64,000 bases of DNA from Candidatus Zipacnadia bacterium (GTDB lineage: Bacteria; Armatimonadota; Zipacnadia; Zipacnadales; UBA5352): positions 7,563-71,562 of the forward strand of contig JALGSU010000013.1 of assembly GCA_029821735.1 (NCBI GenBank), written 5' to 3'. The position numbers were made by a program, and so were the translations under genes. A model generated the notes under the pieces. The model saw only the letters and a program-made list of their open reading frames with translations. It was not told the DNA's origin and made no database searches. Positions 18,963-29,300 of the stretch are shown here, in pieces (the stretch's first letter is position 1; every line of letters begins with the position of its first letter).

Positions 18963-20102
18963 ATGGCAACGCAGGTAGAGGTCATCGAGTCGAGGGTTAT
19001 CTGCAGGCAGCCGGGGCGCTACATTGGCTGGCCGACAATCGCGAAATCTCACGATGGCGAGTTGTTCGTGGTCTTTTCCGGCGACCGCGACGCCCACGTG
19101 GACCCCTTCGGAAAGACCTGCTTCATGCGCTCATCAGATCACGGTGCGACGTGGTCCGACGCAGTCGTGATCAATGACACGCCGCTGGACGACCGCGACG
19201 CCGGCATCTGCGTCGCCCCGGATGGGTCACTGGTCGTGAGCTGGTTCACCTCACACTACTACGACTACCTCGCGATGACGCATTACTGTGAGGGCCTGGA
19301 GCAGCGGTGGCAGGAGGCCCTTTCGGGGGTCACTGAGGAGGACGTGGTCCGGTGGACTGATGCCGACGGCGGCGGCACCGCCGATCGCCGCATGGGTTTC
19401 TGGACGAGACGGTCCGCCGACAGAGGCGAGACATGGGAAGACGCGGTGCCGTCTACCTGCTGCGCCCCCCACGGGCCCATCACGCTTTCCGACGGCAGAA
19501 TGCTCTTCGTCGGCACCGCGAGCTTCGCTCGGGAGGAGGGCGGGGCGTGTCTGGGCGCCGCCGAGTCGCTGGATAACGGACGTTCATGGGAGTTGATCAG
19601 TCGGGTCGACGCATTGCCCGAATTTGACGGAGGCGTGGAAGGCAGCTACGTGTATCTGTGCGAGCCGCACGCAGTCGAAGTCGCTCCCGACCGCATTCTC
19701 GCAATGGCTCGCTACGAGGAGCGCGGCCTGCCGGCGAGCGCGCGTCAGCGCTCGATGCTCTGGCAGTTTGAGTCCGAAGATGGCGGGCGCACATGGACCG
19801 CCCCCAGACCCACCGACATCATCGGCAAGCCGCCGCACCTGACCCGACTGAGCGATGGCCGCATCTTGCTCACCTACGGCTACAGGCACGATCCATACGG
19901 CCAGCGCGCCTGCATCTCGAGCGACGGTGGGCAGACGTGGGACTACGGAAACGAGATCGTTCTGCGTGATGACGGGCCCAGTGGCGACTTGGGCTATCCG
20001 GCGTCGGTGGAGTGTGACGACGGGTCGATCCTCAGCGTCTACTACCAGAAGGAGACGCCGGAGGAGAAGACCGTGCTCATGACCACCCGCTGGCGTGTCT
20101 AG
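18963..20102 (+). CDS. BNR/Asp-box repeat sialidase-fold protein, no signal peptide
   Basis: Five Asp-boxes (S-x-D-x-G-x-[TS]-W) are present: SSDHGATW, SADRGETW, SLDNGRSW, SEDGGRTW, SSDGGQTW. The protein is 379 aa and the N-terminus MATQVEVIESRVICRQ is not hydrophobic. Confidence 0.85.
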   Translation: MATQVEVIESRVICRQPGRYIGWPTIAKSHDGELFVVFSGDRDAHVDPFGKTCFMRSSDHGATWSDAVVINDTPLDDRDAGICVAPDGSLVVSWFTSHYYDYLAMTHYCEGLEQRWQEALSGVTEEDVVRWTDADGGGTADRRMGFWTRRSADRGETWEDAVPSTCCAPHGPITLSDGRMLFVGTASFAREEGGACLGAAESLDNGRSWELISRVDALPEFDGGVEGSYVYLCEPHAVEVAPDRILAMARYEERGLPASARQRSMLWQFESEDGGRTWTAPRPTDIIGKPPHLTRLSDGRILLTYGYRHDPYGQRACISSDGGQTWDYGNEIVLRDDGPSGDLGYPASVECDDGSILSVYYQKETPEEKTVLMTTRWRV

Positions 20103-20249
20103 ATGGTGGCCGGTTGAACCGTCTCCGCTCACGAGGCAGGGGCGAGATCAACAGCAGTCTCTCCGACAGCAGGTGGGGCGGCTTGGGTCGGTGTAATGTA
20201 CGGTTGCCACGAACGCAAGTCGGCGGAACTGGTACACGGAGCGTGATGG

Positions 20250-23045
20250 ATGATGGTAACACGATGCAGAGCGACTGTTGCGCTGGCGATCGCAGCCATT
20301 CTTGCGGCGGCGTCCGTGGGAAGCGAGGTCTCGGCATCGGAGATCGCGGGGCCCTTCCAGAGCTGCCAGCGAACGCACCAGATGTCGTCGACGCATTTCT
20401 ACGTCCACAACCCCAGCGGCGATCCGTTCACGGTGAGCGTGCGCTGCCTGAGCATGGTGGATGCGGGCGTCAACTGGGTCGCGTTCGATCGGCTCATGGT
20501 GCGCGCCTTCGACGTCGATGAGCGTCGCATCTTCCGAGGGGAGATCACCACTGAAGATCGCGCCGAGCAGCAGGGACTTCCGCATGAGATCACCATCGAG
20601 GTCCCGGCTTCGGACGCCGGCGTGGTGCAGGTGGTCATCACCGGCGGACGCACACCAACCACCACCTTCGACCTGACCACCGAACCTGCGCTGCGATTTG
20701 GGGTGATGAACTCCATCCGCGCGATCATGCCGCCCGAGGGCGGTATCGAGGATGGGTACATCTACGTGCCGCCGGGGGCCCGCGAGCTGCAGGTCACGCC
20801 GACGGACGTGGACCTGATCATCCGCGACGAGACTGGCCGCGAGTTGCTGCGCGATGAGGCGGGTACCATCCCCGTCGAGCGCACTGGCGTCGTCTGGCGC
20901 ATCAGCGCGATGCCGCTGAGCTGGCCAGGGGCGAAGATCATCGCTGAGGGCTTCCCCGTTATCGTCTGCCCGGATGAGGAGACTGCGCGCGCCATCGGCG
21001 CCTCCGTCGAGACGCTCGACGATGGCTCCATAGTCGCCCACAAGTTCCAGGTGCGGCTCGACCGGCTGCTGCGCGAAACCTTCAGTGACCCCGACGATCT
21101 CGCCCTCGCGCCGATTGAGTCCTTTGAGCCGATGACCGACGTCTTCCTGTCCGATCCCGAGCGCTACCGGCATCTGCTGCTCGAGTACGCTCCGTCACTG
21201 CCATTCGTCAACTTCTGGCCCGAGCGGCAGGTGACCGACGCTGCGAGCCCCTACTTCGGCGGCGTGCACATGCCGGTCTGCTATAGCACTCCGATGACGC
21301 CCTACACCATCCCCGGCAGCCCGCTCAACCCGAACGCGGCCACGCCCAGCGTCCCGCCGCTCACCGACGAGAGTCTCGACCCGCTCTGGACCGGCTTCTC
21401 ACCACGTGGCTACGTGGGCTCGATGGCGTTCATGTATAACCTCGACCAGCGCGTTAACCCGTGGTGGCACGACCGTGCATTGCTCGGCCGCGTGGTGATC
21501 GGTGCCTGCCGTGATCTGATGCTTATGGCCGAGGATGAGTTGATCCACCACGGGCCGAGCGACTGGCCGGGCAACCTCGCCTTCATCTTCCGCTACCAGC
21601 TCGCCGATCCCTACGGTTACGTCGGCCAGGCGGTGCGCGAGGAGTACCCGGCGATCCACCGCGAGTGGACCGAGGGCATGATGCGCCTGGCCGACAGGCT
21701 CGTCTACATGACCGTGTTCTCGCCCGCCAATCAGGGGGCGCACATTCCCTATGGGCTCTGGCAGGTCTACGAGGGCTCGGGCGACGAGTCCTACGCGCAG
21801 ATGAGCCGTTACGCCTCCCAGCGCCTGTGCGATGTGCTGCAGAAGCCGGCGGGCTACCAGGTCGAGGGCTACGGCCCGTGCGCGAGCTACAACGGTATCA
21901 CCCTCGACCTGTTCGCCATGCTCTACGCCGAGACCGGTGACGAGTTCTACCGGGACTCGATCCGCAAGGTCTGCCACGTCTTCAACCACACCGTCGCTCC
22001 GGAGCCAAGCGGCCACCTGATCGGCTGCACTGACCTGAATCACCGGGTGCGCATGCCGTGGACCTTCACGCAGCACGGTGGTGGCCGCCGCATCATGGCG
22101 TCGCACCTCAAGGAGGCCGGGTTGTGGTACCGCGATGAGCCCACGGCCGAGGAGCAGGCGGCACTCGCGGAGTCCATCCGTAAGCGCGCTGCCGAGGTGC
22201 CCTGGCCCATCGAGCGCTGCGGGGAGGTCGTTGCGCAGACCCCCACTCTAGCCGCCAGCTTCTCCTCGCACAACTTCCTCTACTACCAGCCGGGCATCAT
22301 GCGCGGCGGGCAGTTCCCGTATGAAGAGGAGCCGTTCTTCCGCAACCTCGGCGACGAGTTCATCTGCGTCAAGCAACCGGCCTACTACGCTATGGTCTAT
22401 GTGGGCAAGCCCGGCCGCGGTCGGAACGATCAGCCCTTCGACCCGATGCGCGACGACGTGCGCACCGGCGGCGGCATCTCGCTGCTGTGGACGCCCGACT
22501 ACGGCGTGACCATGGCTGGCCAGGGCTGGAACGCCTACTGCCACCAGGGCGTGACCGTGGACATGGCGGCGGGCGAGGTCCATAGTGCTGACTATTACGC
22601 GGTCGAGTTCGATGTGGACGAGCAGGCCCAAACGCTCGACGTGCGGGGGCAGATCGAGGGGTTACCTTTGGCTTACTCCCACGCCTATCGGTTCGCAGAC
22701 GACCGCATTGCGGTGCAGACGCAGGTTGAGGGCACGGGTCCGGTCGCCGCGCGCGAGTGCGTACTGCAGTTCCCGCTGTACGCCGCCAAGGAGCTCGGCT
22801 TCCATTGCGAGGTGCCCACCGTCCCGACGCAGGTGGTGCGCATGACCGACGATACCGGCGCGGGTGTTGAGCTGCGCTTCACCGCGCCAGTAAGCGTGAG
22901 CTTCGGCGAAAGTAAGGTCGGGGAGAGATACGTGGCGGAGTACGTCATCCGCCAACTCAAGGTGCACCTGCCTGCGCAATGGGCCGCAGGCGACCGCGCC
23001 GTGCTCGAGTATGAGATCGTGCCCTTCGCCGCCGGCAATGAATAG
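20250..23045 (+). CDS. secreted hypothetical protein (931 aa), no family recognised
   Basis: Signal peptide is VALAIAAILAAASVGSEVSA. GGAG sits 8 nt upstream. Amino-acid composition is balanced over the whole length, unlike the antisense ORFs. The central region is helix-rich and the N- and C-terminal regions are beta-rich. Confidence 0.8.
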   Translation: MMVTRCRATVALAIAAILAAASVGSEVSASEIAGPFQSCQRTHQMSSTHFYVHNPSGDPFTVSVRCLSMVDAGVNWVAFDRLMVRAFDVDERRIFRGEITTEDRAEQQGLPHEITIEVPASDAGVVQVVITGGRTPTTTFDLTTEPALRFGVMNSIRAIMPPEGGIEDGYIYVPPGARELQVTPTDVDLIIRDETGRELLRDEAGTIPVERTGVVWRISAMPLSWPGAKIIAEGFPVIVCPDEETARAIGASVETLDDGSIVAHKFQVRLDRLLRETFSDPDDLALAPIESFEPMTDVFLSDPERYRHLLLEYAPSLPFVNFWPERQVTDAASPYFGGVHMPVCYSTPMTPYTIPGSPLNPNAATPSVPPLTDESLDPLWTGFSPRGYVGSMAFMYNLDQRVNPWWHDRALLGRVVIGACRDLMLMAEDELIHHGPSDWPGNLAFIFRYQLADPYGYVGQAVREEYPAIHREWTEGMMRLADRLVYMTVFSPANQGAHIPYGLWQVYEGSGDESYAQMSRYASQRLCDVLQKPAGYQVEGYGPCASYNGITLDLFAMLYAETGDEFYRDSIRKVCHVFNHTVAPEPSGHLIGCTDLNHRVRMPWTFTQHGGGRRIMASHLKEAGLWYRDEPTAEEQAALAESIRKRAAEVPWPIERCGEVVAQTPTLAASFSSHNFLYYQPGIMRGGQFPYEEEPFFRNLGDEFICVKQPAYYAMVYVGKPGRGRNDQPFDPMRDDVRTGGGISLLWTPDYGVTMAGQGWNAYCHQGVTVDMAAGEVHSADYYAVEFDVDEQAQTLDVRGQIEGLPLAYSHAYRFADDRIAVQTQVEGTGPVAARECVLQFPLYAAKELGFHCEVPTVPTQVVRMTDDTGAGVELRFTAPVSVSFGESKVGERYVAEYVIRQLKVHLPAQWAAGDRAVLEYEIVPFAAGNE

Positions 23046-23130
23046 ACCGTGGCGATCACGGGTGGCAGTGTGCGCAGCTATCCATGGCATCAACCAGTGG
23101 CCGTATGGCGCACCCGAAGGAGTGGCGGGC

Positions 23131-26100
23131 ATGACTGGACTTTGCCGTTGCACAGTGGGCATGCTCGTGCTTGTGACAGTGGGCCTGCCTGCGGCCGCGG
23201 TCGGGCAAGTGCGGGACGCGCTGGCGACGGCATTCATGCACCCGATGGTCACAGACGCTGACCTTGAGGCATATTTCAGCGACACGCACTGCGTCCTGCT
23301 GTGCGACGGCGGCCCGGTCCTCGTCCGCTACCCGGGTATCTCCGGACTGACGGTGGACGGTGCGGCCGTCCCAGTCGAAGCGGTCGGTGATGACCTTGTG
23401 CGCGCGGAGATCCCCGCCGGGCGCCATGAGGTGCACGCGCTGACGGACGCGCAGCGAGGGGCGGCTGGTATGCTGGCTCTTGACGCTCGGGCGATCACTA
23501 CCGCCGAGGCCCTGGCAGAGCGCGCCGCCGACCTGAAGCCTGGCGACGAGATGGTCGTGCGAGACGGGATCTACACCGCGTGGCAGGTGACATTTGCGAA
23601 CGAGGGAACCGCCGACAGACCGATCGTGATCCGCGCCGAGACCCCCGGCGGCGTGATCTTCAAGGGCGACACGCGTCTGAGGATCACCGGGCGATTCATT
23701 GTCCTCAAAGGCTTCCGCTTCGAGCACTGCGGGCCCGGGATGGTCGTCGAGATAAGCGAAGGCAGCGACAACCGCGTCACGCAATGCCATTTCTTCGGAT
23801 GCGGCAACCAGCGGAACACATTCAGCCACACCGTCCGGGTAGGCGTAGCGTCGCACCGCAACCGCATCGACCACTGCTACTTCACGGCCACCCAGAACAT
23901 GAGCATAGGCCTGCGGCTGTTTAACGACCAGGAGGTCGGCACCAACAACCGCTTTGACCACAACGTCTTCCGCGACATCTCTCGCTTCTGGAGCAACGGG
24001 CAGGAGAACATTCAGCTCGGGGGTGGCCAGCGCGATCTGGAGGACCCGGCTAACTGGCCGATGACTCTGGTGGAACGGAACCTGTTTGACCACGCCTGGG
24101 GTGACTCGGAGATTATCTCCAACAAATCCTCGGGCAATACCATTCGCCACAACGTCGCGGCGCATTGCCCCCACTCAGCGTTCACGCTTCGCGGCGGCAA
24201 CAGCGTGCGCTTCGAGGGCAATGTGATGGTGGACAATCAGGGGGGCGTGCGCGTCATGGGCACGGATCATCTGATCACCAACAACCTGTTCCTGGACATG
24301 GAAGTCGCGGGCATCCGCCTCGAATCAGGGCACGAGAACGGTCGGTCCACGGTGGCCACTGAGGGCACGCTCATCGCGCACAACACGATCATCGACTGCG
24401 GCGGGGCGGGGATCGTCGCCGCGGGACCGTCCGAGATGCGGCCATTCGTGGCGATGGGCAACACCATCGCCGCCAACATTCTGGCAGGGAGCCAGGGCAC
24501 GCTGCTGGTCGGCGAATGGCTGCGCGACACGCCCATCGTCGGCAACATCTTTCATACCACCGCATCGGCCGTCGCGGGCGATGTCGGCGACGGCGCGCTG
24601 TTGCGCGATCCGCTGTTCACCGGCGCAGGTGCGCTGATCCGTCCCGGGCCGGGGAGCCCTGCCATCGACGCAGGTACGCCGCTGGAACTGGTGCCGGTCG
24701 ACCGATGGGACAGAGCTCGTGGCTCTGCACCCGATGCGGGCGCCGATGAGGTCGGAGCCGCTGACCCGCCCGAGGGCGCGCCGCTGCTGCCTGACATTCC
24801 GCCGCCCTCGGCGGTCGCCCCCGAACTGTATGTCGGTCAGCCGGTCCTGCAGTTCAGCGCCGGCGATCCTGTTGCGGGCTGGCGGGGGGGCGGCGAAGTG
24901 CAGGTGGATGGCGGCACTCTGGTGCTGACGGACGCCGCCATCGAGCCCGAAGTCGCGACGCCGGAAGACATCGTCATGAACTGGGATTACCACCCGCATG
25001 AGTACACGTCGGTGGCGAAGCTGGCCTTCGCCCGCGACGCTGAGGGCAATGGGTACGAGTTGGCTTGGGGTGGCGTGGCTGAGGACGGCAAACCATCGGG
25101 CGTCATCACACTGAGCAAGACGGCCACCGACACCGCGGTGGCTGTGGTGTCCGACATCGTCATGTACTACCAGACTTACCGTCTGGCCAGTTACGGCGGA
25201 TCCGCGATCGAGCAGACGAGACCACGTGACGACCGTTGGTACAGCTTCATCCTCATCCGGCGCGGCGCCACAGTCATGCTGCTGATGCGTGACGCCCGGG
25301 ACACGCGCGCGCCCAGGCCCGTGCTCATGTACCGCGACCGAGGCGTCATGGGCGGCGACGCACCATCTGGTGCGGGCGTGCGCATCAGTCAGACCGGCCT
25401 CGGCAGTTGGCGGGCCATGACCATTCACGAATGCGACTACCAGGGCGAGAGCGCGCCTCAGCCGCCCCCCGGACTCGTCGCCGAGGCGCGAGGTGGTGAG
25501 CGCATCATCCTCCGCTGGCGTGATGGCACATCCGGGCGAGCTGGGTATCTCTACGACCTGTACCGCTCGAACGAGCCTGACTTCACGGTTTCCGCGGAGA
25601 ACTTGGTGGCGGCGGGCGTCGTGGGCAGCGCCTACGATGACTTCGGGGTCCAGCCAAACACGGACTATCATTACGCGGTTCGGGCGGTTAACCAACTGAG
25701 GCGGCCCTCAGACTCCGCGCGCGTGCAGACCAGGACTGCCGCCGACGGGCTTCGCTATCACGTGGTGTCCGCCGCGACGGCGCGGGACCTGCAGGCGCCC
25801 ATGGTGATGGCTGAGGACGAATCGGGAGTCTGCCTGATGGCCTCTCTGGCGGCGGGCATCGCGACGAGCGGGCCGCCTGAGGACGGGAACGCGGAACTGC
25901 GCTTCAGCGTGCCCGCCGACGGGCGCTACTCGATCTGGGCTCTGACGATGGGGCCGTCCAGTTCCATGGACTCGTTCTGGCTCGTCCTCGATCCCGGGGA
26001 GGAGCCGACCTTCCGGTCGTGGGGCACCACCAACGACGGCTCGTGGCAGTGGCTGCGAATCGCCGCGGACGTGGCACTGGCAGCTGGCGAGCATCGTCTG

Positions 26101-26187
26101 CGCATCAAGCACCGCGAGCCCGGCGGGCGGATAAGAGACCTGCTGATCACTGATGACGTGGGCTTCAGTCCTGCGGCTCGTCGGTAG
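23131..26187 (+). CDS. polysaccharide lyase family 6-like (chondroitinase B / alginate lyase type right-handed beta-helix) with C-terminal FN3-like and CBM-like modules
   Basis: LKPGDEMVVRDGIYTAWQVTFANEGTADRPIVIRAETPGGVIFKGDTRLRITGRFIVLKGFRFEHC is the characteristic PL6 N-terminal pattern. It is followed by NGQENIQLGG and SEIISNKSSGNTIRHN. An FN3-like segment (PPGLVAEARGGERIILRWRD...YHYAVRAVN) and a terminal beta-sandwich follow. GAAGGAG sits 8 nt upstream of ATG 23131. Confidence 0.8.
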   Translation: MTGLCRCTVGMLVLVTVGLPAAAVGQVRDALATAFMHPMVTDADLEAYFSDTHCVLLCDGGPVLVRYPGISGLTVDGAAVPVEAVGDDLVRAEIPAGRHEVHALTDAQRGAAGMLALDARAITTAEALAERAADLKPGDEMVVRDGIYTAWQVTFANEGTADRPIVIRAETPGGVIFKGDTRLRITGRFIVLKGFRFEHCGPGMVVEISEGSDNRVTQCHFFGCGNQRNTFSHTVRVGVASHRNRIDHCYFTATQNMSIGLRLFNDQEVGTNNRFDHNVFRDISRFWSNGQENIQLGGGQRDLEDPANWPMTLVERNLFDHAWGDSEIISNKSSGNTIRHNVAAHCPHSAFTLRGGNSVRFEGNVMVDNQGGVRVMGTDHLITNNLFLDMEVAGIRLESGHENGRSTVATEGTLIAHNTIIDCGGAGIVAAGPSEMRPFVAMGNTIAANILAGSQGTLLVGEWLRDTPIVGNIFHTTASAVAGDVGDGALLRDPLFTGAGALIRPGPGSPAIDAGTPLELVPVDRWDRARGSAPDAGADEVGAADPPEGAPLLPDIPPPSAVAPELYVGQPVLQFSAGDPVAGWRGGGEVQVDGGTLVLTDAAIEPEVATPEDIVMNWDYHPHEYTSVAKLAFARDAEGNGYELAWGGVAEDGKPSGVITLSKTATDTAVAVVSDIVMYYQTYRLASYGGSAIEQTRPRDDRWYSFILIRRGATVMLLMRDARDTRAPRPVLMYRDRGVMGGDAPSGAGVRISQTGLGSWRAMTIHECDYQGESAPQPPPGLVAEARGGERIILRWRDGTSGRAGYLYDLYRSNEPDFTVSAENLVAAGVVGSAYDDFGVQPNTDYHYAVRAVNQLRRPSDSARVQTRTAADGLRYHVVSAATARDLQAPMVMAEDESGVCLMASLAAGIATSGPPEDGNAELRFSVPADGRYSIWALTMGPSSSMDSFWLVLDPGEEPTFRSWGTTNDGSWQWLRIAADVALAAGEHRLRIKHREPGGRIRDLLITDDVGFSPAARR

Positions 26188-26356
26188 CGCGCGCGACCGG
26201 ACCGCTTCGGGCTCTGCATCGACCGAGCCCACACGCCAGAGGTGGACGGCTGGGATCGCGCAACGCCAATGGTGCTCACGCCGGATCAGTGAGCAACGCA
26301 GCGTCGGTGCCTGATGGGGAAAGTGGCGTCTGCGCGCAGGGCCGATCTGTTCCCTC

Positions 26357-29300
26357 CTACTGGGCTCTGAAGCTCACGTCGTCGAACGCGGCGCCTTGGC
26401 CATCGATCTGCCCGAAGCCCACAGTGCCTGCCGGAAGCGGTTGCGGGTCGGTCGCGGTGATCACTTGCTGGCCGCCGACGGTCACAGTGATCTGCCCGTT
26501 CGTCACAGCGATACTGAGGTCGAACCACTCACCGGGCGTGAGGGCCGCCTGCGCACGGCCGAGGGCCTGGATCTGCTGGCCAGTGATGCGGACCAGTTCC
26601 ATACCGCCTGGAGACACGACGAAGTTGTACGAGGAACCGTTGGGCGGCTCGCCGGAGGCGCAGAAGATCACCTGGCATTCCCCCGCCGCAGGGCGGTGCC
26701 GGAAGCTCAGTGCGATGTTGCGCCCTTGCGCCTGTACCCAGAACGCATGGCCTGGTCCGGCGAAGGCCAGCATCCCGTTGGCGACCGACGCCGTTGGGTC
26801 AAACTCCCATCCCTGTGGCTGCCTGCCCTCGAAGTCCTGGCTGAGCGTCGCCCCGGTCTGTTGTGCAGGACCGACCACGCCGGGCTGCGGCTGCACGACG
26901 GTCGGTTGGCCTGGGGGCTGTTCGGTTATCGTCTGGCCCCCGGGCATCTGCGTGCCGGCCGCGCCCGACATGAGCGCCACGTTGTCGTAACTGGCTCCCC
27001 CGCCCGCCGGTCCGGCGAGCATCACCTGTCCGGGCCCGAGCGGCTGTGGATCACTGGCGGTCAGCACGACCTGTCCGCCGACGCTCACCTGGATCTGGCC
27101 GTTGTTGACCTGGACGAGGATATCGTTCCACGTGTTGCTCTGCATCTGCACGGGCGCTCCCCCGAGTTCCTGGCCCTGACCGGCCTGCAGCCGGATCAGT
27201 CCGACCTCACCCGGGTGCATGTGCAGTTCGTATGACTGGTTCTGCGGCGGCTCTCCTGCGGCACACAGTCCAACGACACCAAAGCCGTTGCCCGGCATGA
27301 ACTTGAACGCGAGGCCGGGGTTGCTGGTAGGTGGTGTCATCCAGAAAGCCCCGCCGCCCGTGGGGAAGGTCAGCGCGCCGTTGACAACCTGGGCGCCCTC
27401 GAACAGCTCCCAGCCCTGCGGCTGGGCGGTGTCGAAGGTCTCGGACATCATGCCGGCCCCGGTCTGCACCTGCGAGCCCATGCCCGGCTGAGGCAGAACT
27501 GCCGGCTGCCCCTGCTGGATGATCGGCCCGCCCGGTCCGGTGACTTGCCCATCCGGTCCGACAACAGGTCCCGTGGGCCCGACCACTACGCCCGGCTGTT
27601 GTCCCTGCACCGGGGGTGCCCCTTGCAGGATCACGCCCGGTTGCTGTTGCTGCTGCGGGAGACCGCCGCCCGCAGGCTGCGTGTAGTCCGGCGCGTCCCA
27701 GGGCTTCAGGGCCATCAGCGCGGGATGAATGACTTGTCCGTCGATCGTTCCGATCGGTGTGACCAGGATGTCGAGGCTCTGAGATGGCTGCGCATACTGC
27801 ACGAGCGGGTCACTGGTAACTCGGATAGCCACCCGCATCTTCCCGGCATGTGTCCCCGAGAGAATGCGGAAGGCCGCGCGGCCCTGCGCGTCAGTAGTCA
27901 GCGTCAGCGGCTGAGCGAAGATCGTGCCAACATACCCCGGCCCGGGCACGATGCTTGCCTGAAGCTGGACCCCCGAGGACGCCGGGATGGGCAGCAGACC
28001 GTGGCCGAGCAGCGTACCCGCCGCTCCGAGTTCATCACGGCTGCCCGGTACCGTGATCACGCTGACCGTCTTCCCATTGGCCAGTTGCACGGTCGACGCG
28101 GGAAGAGCATTGGCGGCAAGTTGCAGCCCCTGGACCAGCCCCATGTCGATCTGGCCCGGCTGCACCTGCCCAGGCGAGATCTGGGCGAGTTGCTTGTAGC
28201 TCTGCACGCCCTGCACCTGCTGCGCCAGTTGCGGAAAGAGCTGGCCGCTTCGCGCCTTGGCGAACTTCGCGCGCGCGGCGTCAATGGTGTTGATGAGCTG
28301 CGCCTGCGTGGTCACGAGTTGGCCGGTCATCATGTCAATGTAGTGCTTGACCTCCACCTGCACGTCCATCTCGCCTATCTGGTTGCCCCACGGCCGGTTG
28401 CGCTCCACGATGCCCTGCTCGGGGCTGATAGGGTTCGCGAGCGCCGCAACTCGGTAAGCGCTGACGAAGTCAAACCGGAGCAGCCCGTTGCACACCCGTT
28501 CCGCCATGCGGGCAGAGACTTGGCTGCCCGAGAGTTGCAGCGACGCACCGGAGGCGAGGACGGGCTGTAGGTTCAGCGGCGGCGGCATCTCCATCGCCAG
28601 TCGCTGCCCAGTCACGCTGAGCTGCGCCGCACCCATCTGCGTCATCGTCTGGGGTGCGAGCTGCACCATCTGCGGTGTCTGCGCGGGTTGAGCTGGCTGC
28701 TGACCGTCGAAGTTGAGGACCGCCCCGACGACCCCCTCCTTCGGCAGCGGCTTCATGCGGAAGCTGAGGAGGTCGCTGCCGGTGGCGAAGCCCTTGAAGT
28801 TGTAGGTGACCGGGCAGGCGTTCCCGAAGGCCTCACCAGGTCCGCCCATGGTCTGTGTGTAGCCGCCCTCGTAGTTGTAGTTCGGGTGCGCGGGGCGGAC
28901 CATGACGCTCCCGCGCAGAGCCGGGATGCGGTACGTCCCCTTGGCGTCGGTGCGAGTGTGGCTCCACGCACCGCCTTCTGTGTAGAAGACGTAGATGCCG
29001 GGGAGCGGATTGCCCTGCGTGTCAAAGACCCCGCCGAGCAGAGGCGGCGTCTGCGCGGGCACCTGAATGTCTTTGAAGAACTTGGCGATCAACCCGGCGG
29101 TGTAGACTTCCGCGATGGGCATCGCGTATCTGAGCGCCGCACCGAAATCCGCGCCCTGAATCCCCTTGATCGTCCGCAGGGCATCGGCACCAGAGGTGGT
29201 CGATGCGCCCGGGCCCTCGACCTGCTGGAAGTGATTGTAGTCATGGACCTGGGCCGCGCATCTGGCGACGTAATCGTACGCGGTGGGAAGCGTCGGGAGG

